Source: Candidatus Aminicenantes bacterium (GTDB taxonomy: Bacteria > Acidobacteriota > Aminicenantia > Aminicenantales > Aminicenantaceae). From it: a DNA stretch of 64,000 nucleotides. Position 1 is the stretch's first letter. Every line of letters begins with the position of its first letter. The DNA lies in assembly GCA_020348385.1 (NCBI GenBank), contig CP070750.1, positions 1,829,244-1,893,243 on the forward strand, in the 5' to 3' direction. Both the position numbers and the translations under genes were made by a program. Under the pieces are notes generated by a model. It did not search any database and had not been told where the DNA came from. It saw only the letters and a program-made list of their open reading frames with translations. This document shows, one piece after another, positions 44,380 to 54,842 of this stretch.

Positions 44380-45521
44380 TTTAATTCCTCCTGTTCTATA
44401 GCTTTTTTCTCTGCCATTTTGAGCCTCTCGCCGATCGGCGGATGAGAATAAAACATGACTTTTATCCACTTTTCCGGATAAGCATTGGATAGGTTTCGGT
44501 TCGCCAATCCCGCGATAGCTGTCAGAAAAGGACTGTTATCTTTTATATTGGCCAGTGAATACCTGTCGGCCTCTTTTTCGAAACTTCGGGAAAGGTAATT
44601 ATTCAGCGGAGCAAACAGAAATCCTGAAAATCCCCCCAATAGAATGGCAAACAGAGGAAAAAGGGAAAGATTCTCTTGTGTCGAGGATAGAAAGAGAGGG
44701 AACGCCCCTTTTAATATAAAATGGATGGCGATAAAAATCAGTAACTGTTGCAGCGTCCCAATCCAAATATTTTTCCAGATATGGCGATATTTATAATGAC
44801 CGACTTCGTGGGCAATGATCGATTCTATCTCGTGAATCGTCATATTTTTGAGCAAATTATCCCCCAATACTATCCGTCTCGTTTTGCCCAATCCGGCCAG
44901 GAATGCATTTTCCTTTTTGGTTTGACGACTCATGTCTTCCATGAAAATTCCACTGCTCTTAAGTCCTCCTCGTACGAGTATTTCATCCAGTGCCGCAGTT
45001 AATTCCTCATTTTGGATTGGCGTGTATTTATTGAAAATCGGAGCAATAATAATCGGAAAAAGGGTGGCAAAAACAACACTCACAAAGGCCATCACCAATG
45101 CTGCCACCAGCCACCACCATTTTGGAGATATGGCCATGATCCAAAGTAACAATCCCGAGAGAAAAATAAAAACGATCAAACCTATAAAAAAGGACTTGAT
45201 CTGTTCCCACAACCAGCTTTTCACCGTGTGGTTGGAAAAGTCCCATTTGTGCTCATGAATATAGCCACTAAAAAATGCCAGAGGAAGACCGAGAATCATC
45301 ATGGCCGAATAAAAGGTAACCATATAAACAAAGAATGTCCCTATGATGGAATGGGCGATATGGAGGTTTGCCAGCAAAGAACTCATCCCACTGAAATAAA
45401 AAACAAGGAGATAGACGAGGGATAGAATCAAGCTCGCAAATCCAAGGAGACGTTTCTCTTTTTCATACAAGCGGGCCTTCTCCTGGCTTTGTTTATCTAA
45501 AAGAGGATGGATCGTTCGCAT
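44376..45521 (-). CDS. M48-family (Ste24/HtpX-like) membrane zinc metallopeptidase
   Basis: It has multiple TM helices, HEVGHYKYRH (HExxH) and a distal E in EKEADRY. Confidence 0.85.
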   Translation of the reverse strand: MRTIHPLLDKQSQEKARLYEKEKRLLGFASLILSLVYLLVFYFSGMSSLLANLHIAHSIIGTFFVYMVTFYSAMMILGLPLAFFSGYIHEHKWDFSNHTVKSWLWEQIKSFFIGLIVFIFLSGLLLWIMAISPKWWWLVAALVMAFVSVVFATLFPIIIAPIFNKYTPIQNEELTAALDEILVRGGLKSSGIFMEDMSRQTKKENAFLAGLGKTRRIVLGDNLLKNMTIHEIESIIAHEVGHYKYRHIWKNIWIGTLQQLLIFIAIHFILKGAFPLFLSSTQENLSLFPLFAILLGGFSGFLFAPLNNYLSRSFEKEADRYSLANIKDNSPFLTAIAGLANRNLSNAYPEKWIKVMFYSHPPIGERLKMAEKKAIEQEELK

Positions 45522-45659
45522 GTCGAATCTCTATCATATAGTACTCCTCCTTCGGAAACTGATCAATGTGTTTCGCTTTTTATCTCATGTGTCGTGCATT
45601 GCGTTTTTTCGAGACTGTAGGTATGATGCCTATGAAATTCTTACCCTCAGGAAGAGTGG

Positions 45660-46406
45660 ATGGATTATTGGAACTGGTTGCTTTTATTCGGGGTCGGCTT
45701 GATAGCAGGATTCATCAACGTGAATGCTGGCGGCGGATCGAGCCTCACTTTGCCCACGCTGATATTCATGGGCCTTGACGGCGCCCTGGCTAACGGCACA
45801 AACCGCGTCGCTATTTTTATCCAGAATATCTTTGCCATAGCTTCTTTTAAAAAAAACAAAATGCACCAGTTCCGCACAAGCTCAGAGCTTTCCCTGTTCA
45901 CCCTTCCTGGCGCTGTCCTCGGTGCCATCCTGGCCGCACGGATAAGCAGCGTATTGTTCGAACGCATCTTGGGGGGAGTTTTGATATTTATCGTGATATC
46001 CCTATTCTTTTCACGTTCCTACAAGGAAAGGGATCTCGATCAGAAAGAGCAGAGGAGCTGGTGGATTTATCCCGCCCTTTTGGGAATCGGATTTTACGGT
46101 GGATTTCTCCAAATTGGCGTAGGTTTTTTGTTTATGGCCGCTCTCTACCACCTTCTCCGTGTCGATCTGATAACAGTCAACATGCACAAGGTGTTTATCA
46201 TTTTGATCTACACATTACCTGCATTGCTGATATTCATGTGGACAGGCAATGTGAACTGGAAATACGGGCTCGCCCTTGCTGCGGGGAATGCCTTAGGAGG
46301 TTGGTGGGGCGCTCATGTGGCGGTCAAGGGTGGCGAAAGAGTTATCCGTATCATTCTTGGCGTGGCCATCAGTATCATGGCTCTCAAGCTCTTCGGGCTT
46401 TTTTAG
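45660..46406 (+). CDS. TauE/SafE-family anion exporter
   Basis: FGVGLIAGFINVNAGGGSSLTLP is present, with a repeat of it in the second half (LGIGFYGGFLQIGVG). Confidence 0.85.
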   Translation: MDYWNWLLLFGVGLIAGFINVNAGGGSSLTLPTLIFMGLDGALANGTNRVAIFIQNIFAIASFKKNKMHQFRTSSELSLFTLPGAVLGAILAARISSVLFERILGGVLIFIVISLFFSRSYKERDLDQKEQRSWWIYPALLGIGFYGGFLQIGVGFLFMAALYHLLRVDLITVNMHKVFIILIYTLPALLIFMWTGNVNWKYGLALAAGNALGGWWGAHVAVKGGERVIRIILGVAISIMALKLFGLF

Positions 46407-46505
46407 CCCTATGGTTCCTAGAAAAATTTCAATGCGAAACATACTTTATTAAAACCAAAAACCAGCATGGAGTATTATTGCTGAAGAAAATCATCGGTAT
46501 TTTTA

Positions 46506-48275
46506 ATGAATAATCCAGTTAGGGAGAGGATAAGCAAATTGATACATGAATACGATGTGGTGATCGTCGGAGCGGGAGGAGCGGGCTTATACGCTGCCTT
46601 GGAGGCTAGCAGGCAAGTAAAAACAGCGGTTATCTCGAAACTCTATCCGATTCGTTCGCACACAGGAGCCGCCCAAGGCGGAATCGGAGCGGCCCTCGGA
46701 AACGTGGAAGAAGATAAGCCGGAATGGCATGCTTTTGACACTGTCAAAGGCGGTGATTATCTCACAGACCAAAAGGCCGCCTGTCTATTAGCCGATGAGG
46801 CTGTCCAAGCTGTGTATGATCTGGAAAACCACGGCCTCCCCTTCAACCGCACTTCTGAAGGAAGAATCGACCAGAGGCGTTTTGGGGGCCATACGCGGAA
46901 CTTTGGGGAAGCCCCTGTCCGCAGGGCTTGTTACGCAGCAGACCGGACTGGCCATATGATCCTGCAAACTCTTTATCAGCAATGCATTAAAAACAAGGTA
47001 TCCTTTTTTGATGAGTTTCATATCATTGATGTTTTATTACAGGGCCACAAATGTGCTGGTCTCGTGGTTATCGAATTGGCCTCCGGTGAGCTTCACGTCT
47101 TCAAAGCCAAAGCAGTATTGTTCGCCACTGGAGGATTTGGCCGCATGTTTGGGATAACTTCGAATGCTCATGCCAATACGGGAGACGGGCCCGCTCTCGT
47201 AGCACGAAGAAATGTCCCTCTGAAGGACATGGAGTTCTTCCAATTCCATCCGACCGGTATTCGAGGGATGGGTATATTGATCACAGAAGGTGTTCGGGGT
47301 GAAGGCGGCATACTGAGAAACAATAAAAACGAGCGTTTTATGGAACGCTATGCTCCCAAACTCTTGGATCTGGCTCCTCGCGACATGATTGCCCGAGCCA
47401 TCATCACAGAAATTCGGGAGGGAAAAGGAATAAAACGGGACACCGCAATAGATGATTATGTGCATCTGGATGCCACTCACTTGGGCCGAGAGGTGATCGA
47501 AGAAAAATTACCGGAGATCGCAGACTTTTCCCGCACCTATTTGGACATCGACCCGGCAGAAAAACCCATACCTGTCCATCCTACTGCTCACTACGCCATG
47601 GGGGGGATTCCCACAGACGTGCACGGTAGAGTTCTTGCCGATGCAGAGGGGAACCTGATCGAAGGCCTGTATGCTGCGGGAGAATGCGCCTGTGTTTCGG
47701 TACATGGAGCAAACCGGCTGGGAACAAACAGTCTTGTGGATTTGATCGTTTTTGGCCGCCGGGCGGGGCTCCATATCGTCGATTTTGTTAAAAAAGTCGC
47801 CTTGTCCCCTCTACCGAGGGACGCCATCGAACCGGCCCAGACTATTGTAAACCGACTTTTCGATGGAAAAAAAGGCCCTCTACCAGAAGAGTTACGACAA
47901 TCCATGCAGGACTTGATGATGAAAAACGTGGGGATTTACCGGAGTGGCAAAGAGATGGCTGATGCCGTGAAAAAACTTGAAGACTTGAAACAGGACTACA
48001 GAGAAGTCAGGATAAAAGATAAAAACAAAAGTTTCAACACTAACCTGCTCGAAATCCTGGAATTGGGAAACCTCCTGGACCTTGCTTATATAACAGCAAC
48101 ATGTGCCCTGAACCGCACCGAAAGCCGCGGCGCGCATGCCCGAGAAGATTATCCGGAAAGGAACGACGACAAATGGCTCAAACACACTCTTGCATGGCTG
48201 AGGGACAAGAAGGTTGAGATCGATTACAGTCCTGTGGATGTGTCTGTGTGGGAACCAAAACCGAGGAAATACTAG
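46506..48275 (+). CDS. sdhA: succinate dehydrogenase/fumarate reductase flavoprotein subunit
   Basis: It has [10 protein letters not shown], the covalent-FAD His in [14 protein letters not shown] and RLGTNSL. Confidence 0.95.
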   Translation: MNNPVRERISKLIHEYDVVIVGAGGAGLYAALEASRQVKTAVISKLYPIRSHTGAAQGGIGAALGNVEEDKPEWHAFDTVKGGDYLTDQKAACLLADEAVQAVYDLENHGLPFNRTSEGRIDQRRFGGHTRNFGEAPVRRACYAADRTGHMILQTLYQQCIKNKVSFFDEFHIIDVLLQGHKCAGLVVIELASGELHVFKAKAVLFATGGFGRMFGITSNAHANTGDGPALVARRNVPLKDMEFFQFHPTGIRGMGILITEGVRGEGGILRNNKNERFMERYAPKLLDLAPRDMIARAIITEIREGKGIKRDTAIDDYVHLDATHLGREVIEEKLPEIADFSRTYLDIDPAEKPIPVHPTAHYAMGGIPTDVHGRVLADAEGNLIEGLYAAGECACVSVHGANRLGTNSLVDLIVFGRRAGLHIVDFVKKVALSPLPRDAIEPAQTIVNRLFDGKKGPLPEELRQSMQDLMMKNVGIYRSGKEMADAVKKLEDLKQDYREVRIKDKNKSFNTNLLEILELGNLLDLAYITATCALNRTESRGAHAREDYPERNDDKWLKHTLAWLRDKKVEIDYSPVDVSVWEPKPRKY

Positions 48276-48287
48276 CAAAGGAATGCG

Positions 48288-49028
48288 ATGAAAATATATC
48301 TCCAAATTCAGCGTTTTAATCCCGAAAAAGATAAAGAGCCGGTCTACCGAAAATACGCCGTCGAGGTGGATCCGAAAGACCGTTTGCTGGATGCTCTGAT
48401 GAAAATAAAAAATCGCGAAGATCCCTCATTGGGATTCCGGAAAAGCTGCGCCCATGGTGTGTGCGGCTCGGATGCGATGGTCATTAATGGTAAAGAGCGA
48501 TTGGCGTGTAAAACATTGATCAAAGACGTGGCCAAAAAGGACGGAGCTACCGTCAAGGTGGAACCTCTGCGGAACCTTCCGTTGCAACGAGACCTGATGG
48601 TGAATCAATCTCCATTTTTCCAAAATTATCGTCAGGTGAAACCTTACCAGATCAACCCTGAATCTGTTCGAGAAAAAGAGCGCATCCAGAGTCCTGAAAA
48701 AAGAAAACAATTCGACGATGCCACCAAATGCATCCTTTGCGCTTCCTGTTTCTCAGCATGTCCGGTAAAACAGGAAGTGAACCCAGAATTCTTGGGACCA
48801 GCAGCCGTTATTCAGGCTTCCCGGTTCATCGATGACGACCGGGACAAAGGATTCGAAGAGAGGCTCCCTGAGCTGGATTATCCTGACGGCATATGGCCTT
48901 GCGAAAACCGATTCGAATGCACTCGGGTTTGCCCGAGAAACATCAAGGTGACAAAGCTCATCAACCTCACCAAAAGAAGAATCACAGAGCTCCGAAAAGA
49001 CAAGGAAAAAACAAAACCGCGAATATAA
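48288..49028 (+). CDS. sdhB: succinate dehydrogenase/fumarate reductase iron-sulfur subunit
   Basis: It has 2Fe-2S (CAHGVCGSD...C), 4Fe-4S and 3Fe-4S Cys clusters (CILCASCFSACP, CTRVCP). Confidence 0.95.
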   Translation: MKIYLQIQRFNPEKDKEPVYRKYAVEVDPKDRLLDALMKIKNREDPSLGFRKSCAHGVCGSDAMVINGKERLACKTLIKDVAKKDGATVKVEPLRNLPLQRDLMVNQSPFFQNYRQVKPYQINPESVREKERIQSPEKRKQFDDATKCILCASCFSACPVKQEVNPEFLGPAAVIQASRFIDDDRDKGFEERLPELDYPDGIWPCENRFECTRVCPRNIKVTKLINLTKRRITELRKDKEKTKPRI

Positions 49029-49036
49029 AAGTATGC

Positions 49037-52000
49037 TTAGAATCCGGGCATGATCGTGAACTGAAATACCCAGTTCTTGTTCGGTCTGTTGAAAGGTTTC
49101 ACCGCATTGAAACCCAGGATCAGGTATCCCATCAGATTCATCCTGACTCCTATGCCGGCACTCGTCAGAGGTTTGCGATTGCCGCCTAAAAAGAACGGTT
49201 TGTTTTCCGAGTCGTCATCAGCTTCTAATCCCCAGGCAATTCCGACATCGTAGAAGGCCACAAAATCCAACGGAAGAATGCCATAATATCCCCTTCCCAA
49301 ACCGAGGATTCCAAACAGCGGAAAACGAAGTTCAAAATTGGCGATGGCCAGCTTGCTCCCGAACAACTGGGCATAAACATCGATCTCGTTGACGTCAAAA
49401 GAGGATGAATTGTAGCCCCGGAGTAGAGTTTCATAGCCTAGAAACAGCGGATAAAAACGGTTGTCTGAGGCATTCTTCCCATAACGGCCATAGTGCATGA
49501 TGCGGAAAGCGAGTGTGAACGGCCGCACGGGCATGAAGTACCGGCGATAATCGGCAAGGATAGAGGAAAAATTCAAATTGCCGCCAAAATAAGGTGTATA
49601 CTCCAGGCGGTAGCTCTGTCCAAGGATGGGAGCGGTGGCCCCAAAAAACGAGCTATCATACACATAGGCTGCCGTAAAATACCCGAAATACATACTTTCA
49701 GGCGCATCCAATTCCTGCTTGTACCGATCAATAAAGAACCCATCAATCGTATAAACACGTGTGTGGACTTCTTGCTGATAATCGATAAACCGGTACCCCG
49801 CAGACAGTTCAAAACGACGGGATTGATTAAAAGGATAAAAGGCAAATATAGATGCTTGATAATTGACCTGACGAAAAATGAGTTCCTGTTCGAGGAGCGC
49901 CGTTTGTCCGAAATAATCATCATATCCCACAGAGTATCCGCCATACACATAGGGTATCCGCTGGACTACAGCTCCCCAGTTCAATCTGCTCCTCATGTTC
50001 TGGTATCCCGCTAACAGGGCTGAATCCTCGACCCGATTGCTAACCTGGGCCATGGTGAACAGGTTGTGGTAGCCGAGCATGTCGCTAAAGTTCAGTGTGA
50101 TTCCTCCTCCAGCGTACATCCCGAATCGATCTGTACCCACAGCCATCTGGCTGGGGCTGATATAATCCAGAGCCAGTTTGGGCTTATAATTGGAAATTTC
50201 GAAATCGGCTTCTTCAGGTAGTCCATACAATGGGTTGTTGAGGAGAGCGATTACTTCCCCTTCACCTGTTTTTCTTGGCGGGAGCAGGGAGGGTGAGATT
50301 TCTCCAAAATCCCCATTGGGCTTTTCCCCGGAAAGAAGTTCAAAAGAATCGATAGCGTAGATGCTGTAATTATTTTCCGTATAGACGCTGAAGGCCATGT
50401 GGCCGGTCTCTTGCGATATGGAAAGGGCGGGACTTTCGGCCATGATACCGCTCACGCCGGTGTAGAGATTTGTCACTTGGGATATTTCCTCGCTGGCGAG
50501 ATCCACTCTATACACATTGGAAATGCCGTTGCGATCGGACATGAAGAAAAGGCTTTTCGAATCGGGAGCCCACTGAGGATTGATATTTTTTGCTCCGAGA
50601 AATCCCCGAATCCGCTGGATATCGCCTGTGTCGGGATTTAGTAAAGCCAATTGAAAATCCCCGATGCTGAGGATCGAGAGATCACTGGAAAAACGGTCGG
50701 TGACAAAAGCAATGGTTCGGCCATCCGGAGACCAAGCTGGATACAGGTCGGAAAAGGGATCGTCTGTCAGCTTTTTCAATTCATCGGTTTCGAGGTCGAA
50801 TAAAAAAATGTCCGATAATCCGCCATCAAGAGCAGAAAAGGCAACGAAACGACCATCCGGAGACCACGTCGGGTTCAAGATCTCTCCCAATTGCTTGAAA
50901 ACGACCTCTTTCTCCCTATTACCTGTTTTTGTGTTGACCACGACAAGAACAGGCTCACTTTTAGTAATACCGCCAAAAACGAAACGCTCCCCCTTTGAAT
51001 CCCAAGATCCGGAGGAATTGAGGAACTGCAGACTTTCAAAATGAGGGTTGGTCGCTGTTTTGATCAATCGACGAATGATTTTTCCCGTCTTGGCATCGGC
51101 CAGATACATATCGATCGAAAACAGATCTCGGCTCGAGAGGAAAACAACCTGGCTACCATCCGGGCTGAGGGCAGGAGAAACATTCACTCTCTTTTCCTCA
51201 GTCGCCATGAAAAGAGGCCGGCTATTCCTCTCGATGAGCCGGGTTTTCTCGGCAATGGGATTATATGTTTCGTTCATGGCCTGGTGCCATTCTTTTGTCA
51301 ACGTTTCGAAGTCCATATTCAAGACCCTTTTCAACACGGCCTCCAATTCTCCGACACGGCTTGCCTGTTTTAATAAGGCTGCCACAGCCTCATCCCCATG
51401 CTTCCCCGTGATATAGGCCCAGACTGACTGACCATACCTGTAAGGAAAATACTTATAAGGATCATCGAGTTTTTTAATGGTGGGAAGTTTTTTCCTCTGT
51501 GTCACATCTCGCATCCACATGGCTGTGTTGGGGTCGATGGAACCGATAGAAAGGTATTCGGCCAATCCTTCAACAAACCACAACGGAAGACGCGCAATCC
51601 CTGGGCTCGCTCCGGCATAGCTGGAACGACTTTGGGAAGTGATATCATACTGGAAGGCATGGACGAGTTCGTGACCGATCACACGATCGGTTGCCATAAG
51701 GGAGCCTCCTACAGGAAGTATGATCCTCCTCTTGAACGACTCGGTAACACCTCCTGTTCCTTCTCCGATGATCCCGGAGATCGTGGTCGTCTGCTGGAAA
51801 TGGGAAGAGCTCGCATACAAAATCAAAGGCTGACGACCTTTAAGCTTATGGTCAAAAACCCTGGATAGACGAGCATACCAACGCTCTGCCATCCTCGCAG
51901 CCAGCTGAGCCGACTCTTCCATCTCAGGATAAAAATAAACATCGAAGTTCTGTGTCTTCAGTATGTTAAAATCGAACTTGTCATACTGTACCTTGTTCCG

Positions 52001-52099
52001 CCCAAAATATTGGGCATGAACAAGAGAAGTCGAAGACACGATTCCAAGACAGATAATCGTGAATATCACGATTAACCTTGAGACGTTACGGGCAAACAT
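49037..52099 (-). CDS. outer-membrane multidomain protein: HExxH gluzincin-like peptidase domain + PD40/TolB-like propeller + C-terminal Omp85-type beta-barrel
   Basis: It has a signal peptide (start at ATG MFARNV; the track TTG is at 52129). The peptidase motif is GHELVHAF..WFVEGLAEY. There are several SPDG PD40 repeats. The C-terminus has LLRGY...NFELRFPL and a terminal Phe. Confidence 0.7.
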   Translation of the reverse strand: MFARNVSRLIVIFTIICLGIVSSTSLVHAQYFGRNKVQYDKFDFNILKTQNFDVYFYPEMEESAQLAARMAERWYARLSRVFDHKLKGRQPLILYASSSHFQQTTTISGIIGEGTGGVTESFKRRIILPVGGSLMATDRVIGHELVHAFQYDITSQSRSSYAGASPGIARLPLWFVEGLAEYLSIGSIDPNTAMWMRDVTQRKKLPTIKKLDDPYKYFPYRYGQSVWAYITGKHGDEAVAALLKQASRVGELEAVLKRVLNMDFETLTKEWHQAMNETYNPIAEKTRLIERNSRPLFMATEEKRVNVSPALSPDGSQVVFLSSRDLFSIDMYLADAKTGKIIRRLIKTATNPHFESLQFLNSSGSWDSKGERFVFGGITKSEPVLVVVNTKTGNREKEVVFKQLGEILNPTWSPDGRFVAFSALDGGLSDIFLFDLETDELKKLTDDPFSDLYPAWSPDGRTIAFVTDRFSSDLSILSIGDFQLALLNPDTGDIQRIRGFLGAKNINPQWAPDSKSLFFMSDRNGISNVYRVDLASEEISQVTNLYTGVSGIMAESPALSISQETGHMAFSVYTENNYSIYAIDSFELLSGEKPNGDFGEISPSLLPPRKTGEGEVIALLNNPLYGLPEEADFEISNYKPKLALDYISPSQMAVGTDRFGMYAGGGITLNFSDMLGYHNLFTMAQVSNRVEDSALLAGYQNMRSRLNWGAVVQRIPYVYGGYSVGYDDYFGQTALLEQELIFRQVNYQASIFAFYPFNQSRRFELSAGYRFIDYQQEVHTRVYTIDGFFIDRYKQELDAPESMYFGYFTAAYVYDSSFFGATAPILGQSYRLEYTPYFGGNLNFSSILADYRRYFMPVRPFTLAFRIMHYGRYGKNASDNRFYPLFLGYETLLRGYNSSSFDVNEIDVYAQLFGSKLAIANFELRFPLFGILGLGRGYYGILPLDFVAFYDVGIAWGLEADDDSENKPFFLGGNRKPLTSAGIGVRMNLMGYLILGFNAVKPFNRPNKNWVFQFTIMPGF

Positions 52100-52409
52100 T
52101 GTATCCCTCCAAATTATGTGTTGTTCCAAATCCTATAAAACCTACATGTTTAATAACATTCAATACCGGAAAAAAGTTGCAAATCCTGTGGGCATAATAT
52201 CCTTCATCCCACTTAATGGACCATATATACATGTTAATCTATTCCATCCTGTCATTCAACGGTGACCATTTAACTTTAAAAGATAAAGCAAAAAACATGC
52301 CAAGTTGTCTTCTCCCTTTTTCAGAGAGCATGAAATCCGAGTGTGTATAAATTACAGGTCACCTGTCCTCAAAAATTCATTTGAAAAAATCAACTGTTGA
52401 TGTAAAATC

Positions 52410-53168
52410 GTGCTGCCGCATACACCAATGAAAGTGTTGACTTTATTCAAGCGATGGTTTTTATTTGTTATTCTAGCACTTATTACAACTACGGTTGCTG
52501 TTGACTCGGCACAGGAGGCCTCGGTTATGCTTCTCAAAATCACGGAACTCAAGAGCGGTCTGAAACTGAGGTATACCCTTTCTCTTCCCCGGCGTTATAC
52601 ACCCACAACATCCTATCCCCTTGTGGTCGCTCTCCATTACGGCGGCAATGTGACACCATTCTACAGCAAAGATTTTTTGGCATCCTTTGTGGAACCTGCG
52701 CTGGAAGACCTGTACGCAATCATGGTCGCACCGGACTGCCCCTCGGAGGGTTGGATAAATCCTGTCAGCGAAACGGCAATCCTGGAATTGATGATTCTCC
52801 TGATGGAGGAATATAATATCGACTCAAATCGCATTATTCTTCTCGGTTACAGTATGGGAGGAGCAGGGACATGGTACATGGTAGCGCGACATCCCGACCT
52901 TTTCTCCGCGGCCGTTCCCATATCCGCCCCTGCTGATATGCCCGCTATCCCCACCATACAAGACGTCCCTCTGTACATCATCCACGGAGAAAAGGACGAG
53001 CTCTTCCCTTCACTGGATGTAAAATCACTTTGTCAAAAACAAAAGAACAACGGTGCGGAGATAGAAATGATAACCGTTACAGGTGCGAGCCACTACCAAT
53101 TGGCCCGGTTCATCAGCCCTCTCAAAGCCACCATTCCCTGGATCAGAAAGATTTGGGAAGACCGATAA
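52410..53168 (+). CDS. secreted alpha/beta-hydrolase (esterase/peptidase S9-like)
   Basis: It has a signal peptide, the nucleophile elbow GYSMGG, and the acid and His region IIHGEKDELFP ... GASH. Confidence 0.7.
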   Translation: MLPHTPMKVLTLFKRWFLFVILALITTTVAVDSAQEASVMLLKITELKSGLKLRYTLSLPRRYTPTTSYPLVVALHYGGNVTPFYSKDFLASFVEPALEDLYAIMVAPDCPSEGWINPVSETAILELMILLMEEYNIDSNRIILLGYSMGGAGTWYMVARHPDLFSAAVPISAPADMPAIPTIQDVPLYIIHGEKDELFPSLDVKSLCQKQKNNGAEIEMITVTGASHYQLARFISPLKATIPWIRKIWEDR

Positions 53169-53184
53169 GAGGAGGCCTCTAATA

Positions 53185-54702
53185 ATGGATGTTTTTGCCA
53201 CCAACTTCCAAACAATCGACTGGGTTATCGTCTGCGTCTACATTTGCATCCCTGTTGTAATCGGGATAATCGTCAAGAAATACATCCGGCAATTGAGTGA
53301 TTTTATCGTGGCAGGCCGTTCCCTCAAGCTCTTCATTGCCATAGCTACGCTGACGGGAACAGAGTTAGGTTTGGTAACAGTCATGTATAATTCCGAACTG
53401 GGATTCAAACACGGGCTTTCGGCCTTCCATGTGGGGATCATCGAAACCTTTTGCATTCTGGCCATTGGTTTGACAGGTTTTATCGTCTACAAGCTTCGCC
53501 AGCTGCGTGTCATGACCATCCCGGAGTTCTACGAGATGCGTTTCGGAAGAAATGTGCGGATAGTCGGCGGTATCATTCTGGCCTTGGGAGGGATCTTGAA
53601 CATGGGTCTTTTTCTTCAGGCAGGCGCCCGGTTCATGATGGGTGTTACCGGGTACAGCAATCCGGCAGGATTGAAACTCTTTATGTCTGCCATGTTGATT
53701 ATGGTGCTGGTCTACACGGTTTTGGGCGGAATGGTCTCTGTGGTTTTGAACGATTTCATGCAATTCGTGGTCCTGTCTATAGGGATGCTCATCGGGTCCC
53801 TGTTCGCCATCTCAAAAGTGGGTTGGGAAAATCTCTTTAAGGCACCAGCTACTGTCGACAGCGCCTCTTGGTTCAACCCCATCAGCGAAGGGTCGGGATT
53901 CGGCAGCCTGTACGTTATCTTTATGGTCATCCTCACCTTTTCCGCAGGAGCTTTATGGCAGTCCGGGACTCTCCGCGCCCTTTCTGCCAAATCACCCAAG
54001 GTGGCCAAGCAACTTTACGCATGGAGCTCTGTTTCCTATCTGGCCCGCCGGGTCATCCCGATGCTCTGGGGCATATGCGCTTTTATTTTCATCTCCCAAT
54101 CACCCAAGCTGTTGGCCGCATTCCAAGGACCAGATGCTTTGAACAGCCAGTTCGGCATGCCCGTCTTTATCGCCAAGGTTTTACCAAGCGGTTTTTTGGG
54201 ACTGATCGCTGCCGGCATGTTCGCCGCCTTCATGTCCACCCATGACAGCTACCTGCTCAGCTGGAGCTCGGTGATCACACAAGACATCGTTGCTCCCCTG
54301 AAAAAAGACAAACTCTCGGACAAAAGCCGTCTCCTGATCACGCGTATCTGCATCGTTGCCATCGGCATGTTTTTGCTTATCTGGGGATTGTGGTTCGAAG
54401 CGCCTGTATCGTTATGGAATTACATGGCTGTCACCGGCACCATTTACTTGGCGGGGGCCTTTACCGTGGTCACAGCGGGCTTGTACTGGAAAAAAGCCAG
54501 CAAAACAGGAGCAAAGATCGCGCTTTATGCAGGCCTGTTGGCCATACTGGGAATCGGGCCCTGGACAACAGGTGAAAATGTTCCCTTTTATTTAAGCGAC
54601 AAGTTTATCGGTGTTATGACTTTTGCTATCGCATTCTTGGGGATGATCATCGGGTCCCTGATATTCCCGGATAAAACCAAACAAGGGGAGGCAGCGAGAT
54701 GA
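53185..54702 (+). CDS. sodium:solute symporter family transporter
   Basis: It has about 13 TM segments with SSF-like motifs. AGGAGG lies 10 nt upstream of ATG 53185. The upstream extension in the track overlaps the esterase gene. Confidence 0.85.
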   Translation: MDVFATNFQTIDWVIVCVYICIPVVIGIIVKKYIRQLSDFIVAGRSLKLFIAIATLTGTELGLVTVMYNSELGFKHGLSAFHVGIIETFCILAIGLTGFIVYKLRQLRVMTIPEFYEMRFGRNVRIVGGIILALGGILNMGLFLQAGARFMMGVTGYSNPAGLKLFMSAMLIMVLVYTVLGGMVSVVLNDFMQFVVLSIGMLIGSLFAISKVGWENLFKAPATVDSASWFNPISEGSGFGSLYVIFMVILTFSAGALWQSGTLRALSAKSPKVAKQLYAWSSVSYLARRVIPMLWGICAFIFISQSPKLLAAFQGPDALNSQFGMPVFIAKVLPSGFLGLIAAGMFAAFMSTHDSYLLSWSSVITQDIVAPLKKDKLSDKSRLLITRICIVAIGMFLLIWGLWFEAPVSLWNYMAVTGTIYLAGAFTVVTAGLYWKKASKTGAKIALYAGLLAILGIGPWTTGENVPFYLSDKFIGVMTFAIAFLGMIIGSLIFPDKTKQGEAAR

Positions 54703-54842
54703 ATTGGGAATTGTTATGGAAATGTCTGTTGATCTTTACTCTTGTCGGCTACTCTCTGCTGGTGATTATCGTCATTTTCGGCGGAGCTAGAAACATCGTG
54801 GATATGCTCCGTGACCTCACCAAACCTCCCGACCAAAATTGA
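54699..54842 (+). CDS. possible 47-aa single-TM protein translationally coupled to the symporter (below the ORF-track cutoff)
   Basis: ATGA start/stop overlap with the symporter gene. The sequence is MNWELLWKCLLIFTLVGYSLLVIIVIFGGARNIVDMLRDLTKPPDQN. Confidence 0.4.
   Translation: MNWELLWKCLLIFTLVGYSLLVIIVIFGGARNIVDMLRDLTKPPDQN

Noticed and set aside
52058-52130. One-nucleotide disagreement between my hand count and the ORF-track coordinates for the starts of 52059..52265(+) and 49037..52129(-).
   Set aside because: This is most likely my counting error in a homopolymer at a line junction, not a frameshift. Both track ORFs are internally consistent, so I used the track coordinates.
52354-52400. 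Two small palindromes (ACAGGT-C-ACCTGT at 52354-52366 and TCAAC-T-GTTGA at 52390-52400), plus TTGA-N5-TCAA, upstream of the esterase/symporter genes.
   Set aside because: They are short, unrelated to each other, and the spacing does not fit FNR/CRP (N6). Without comparative data I cannot support an operator call.
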